This document shows positions 63,318 to 64,000 of a stretch of DNA of 64,000 nucleotides, in pieces. The notes beneath the pieces are model-generated. The model made no database searches. It had not been told where the DNA came from and was given only the letters and a program-made list of their open reading frames with translations. The stretch is from the NCBI GenBank assembly GCA_964187785.1, contig OZ076409.1, positions 3,536,001-3,600,000 of the forward strand, in the 5' to 3' direction. Both the position numbers and the translations under genes were made by a program. Numbering within the stretch: the first letter of the stretch is position 1; the number at the start of each line of letters is the position of its first letter. The DNA comes from Amphiscolops sp. MND2022 (Eukaryota).

Positions 63318-63977
63318 TTAGAGTTGAACATGTTCAGAAGAACTGGAACCGACAGCAACTGACAAAGCAGCAAAGAGACAGTTTCCATCGCCAGGTGCAA
63401 CTGAAGTGATAGGCAGCGAGCGACCTAAAAAGAAACCATGCAAAGGTTTGGTGTCACACAAATACCCACTGAAACTGACACCAAACCTAGAACACTTGCG
63501 TTGTACCTGTGAAGAAGTAGGAGGAGTGACCACATCGTTATGGGAAGAACAATAAAGACTAAATTGGCCACATCCATCATTCAGAACCTCGGTACTTGAA
63601 GTAATTGGTAACGGATCAGTAACAGCAGGGACATTGTTGATTGGATTTGGTTTATCCGAAGAATCAATGTCAAGAGGAACATTCAATGTACTCTGAGATG
63701 TTTCAACGGAAACCATTAAGTTTTGATGTGTAGGCAGAGAGCACAAACAATCGTTTCGAGGAGCAAACTTTCCACATCGGAGGCATCGGTTTTGAAGCTT
63801 CGGGCGTTTTTGCTTGCGGGGACCTGGATTGCTTTCTAGGCCACTTCTTAGTAACAAAATAATCACCATGTGCCTGGTGAATACTCTGATCTTCATGATG
63901 GATTCAGTAGTCATCATTTGAGATCTACTATGTTCGACTACATTCTGCCCGGCTTTTGATTGTTGTTCCACAAACAT
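63318..63977 (-). pseudogene. 2A-like peptide + Cys-rich segment + N-terminal part of an OTU-like cysteine protease; stops early (disrupted or spliced)
   Basis: ILLLRSGLESNPGP, then CLRCGK..CLC, then PGDGNCLFAALS (OTU catalytic Cys motif). Stop follows EHVQL, before the catalytic His region. Confidence 0.6.
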
Positions 63978-64000
63978 TATTGTAGTAATAAGTGAACTTC

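Larger units (their letters stand above)
57154..64000. mobile_element. Large coding member of the array (possible Helitron/Helentron-related element, runs off the window)
   Basis: Starts TGGAGGCAAAGGAACCAATTGCCAG, like the head at 55077 (TGGAGGCAAAGCTACCAATTACCAG). Carries OTU-like and SGNH-like ORFs, domain types reported as accessory cargo of animal Helitrons/Helentrons. No RepHel seen. Confidence 0.45.

Noticed and set aside
1..64000. tRNA, rRNA or snRNA genes as the conserved core of the units
   Set aside because: The GC-rich head and tail cores match no tRNA cloverleaf, 5S or snRNA sequence that I recognise; an Rfam search would be needed to exclude this fully.

Overview
Most likely eukaryotic, AT-rich DNA. 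Bases 1-57153 are a non-coding, head-to-tail array of 26 modular units. They fall into several unrelated body types: ~2.0 kb A and B types, one 2.8 kb B', ~4.76 kb C, one 1.28 kb D, and ~1.05 kb E/F types. The units lie in irregular order and are joined at a precise shared junction: a stem-loop with loop (A/G)GGACCCT(A/C)CCC, then about 43 bp that include a GGGG..CCCC mini-hairpin, then CCACC(T/C)AG|. Each complete unit has one main bulged ~40-50 bp internal hairpin, and it sits at about 20% of unit length whatever the size or sequence of the unit. Family-1 units open with a ~30 nt swappable variable segment followed by a near-invariant GGGCATGCCTCGGCATGCCC palindrome that closely matches the p53-family consensus. 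After the last junction (57153), unique sequence starts with the same head motif as the preceding units. It carries minus-strand ORFs: an unknown Cys-containing protein, an SGNH-like protein, and a truncated 2A-like/OTU protease ORF. Best working hypothesis (inference): a self-targeting, Helitron/Helentron-like rolling-circle cassette array next to a large coding member of the same family. No Rep/helicase or recombinase is visible in the window, so the mechanism is unproven.
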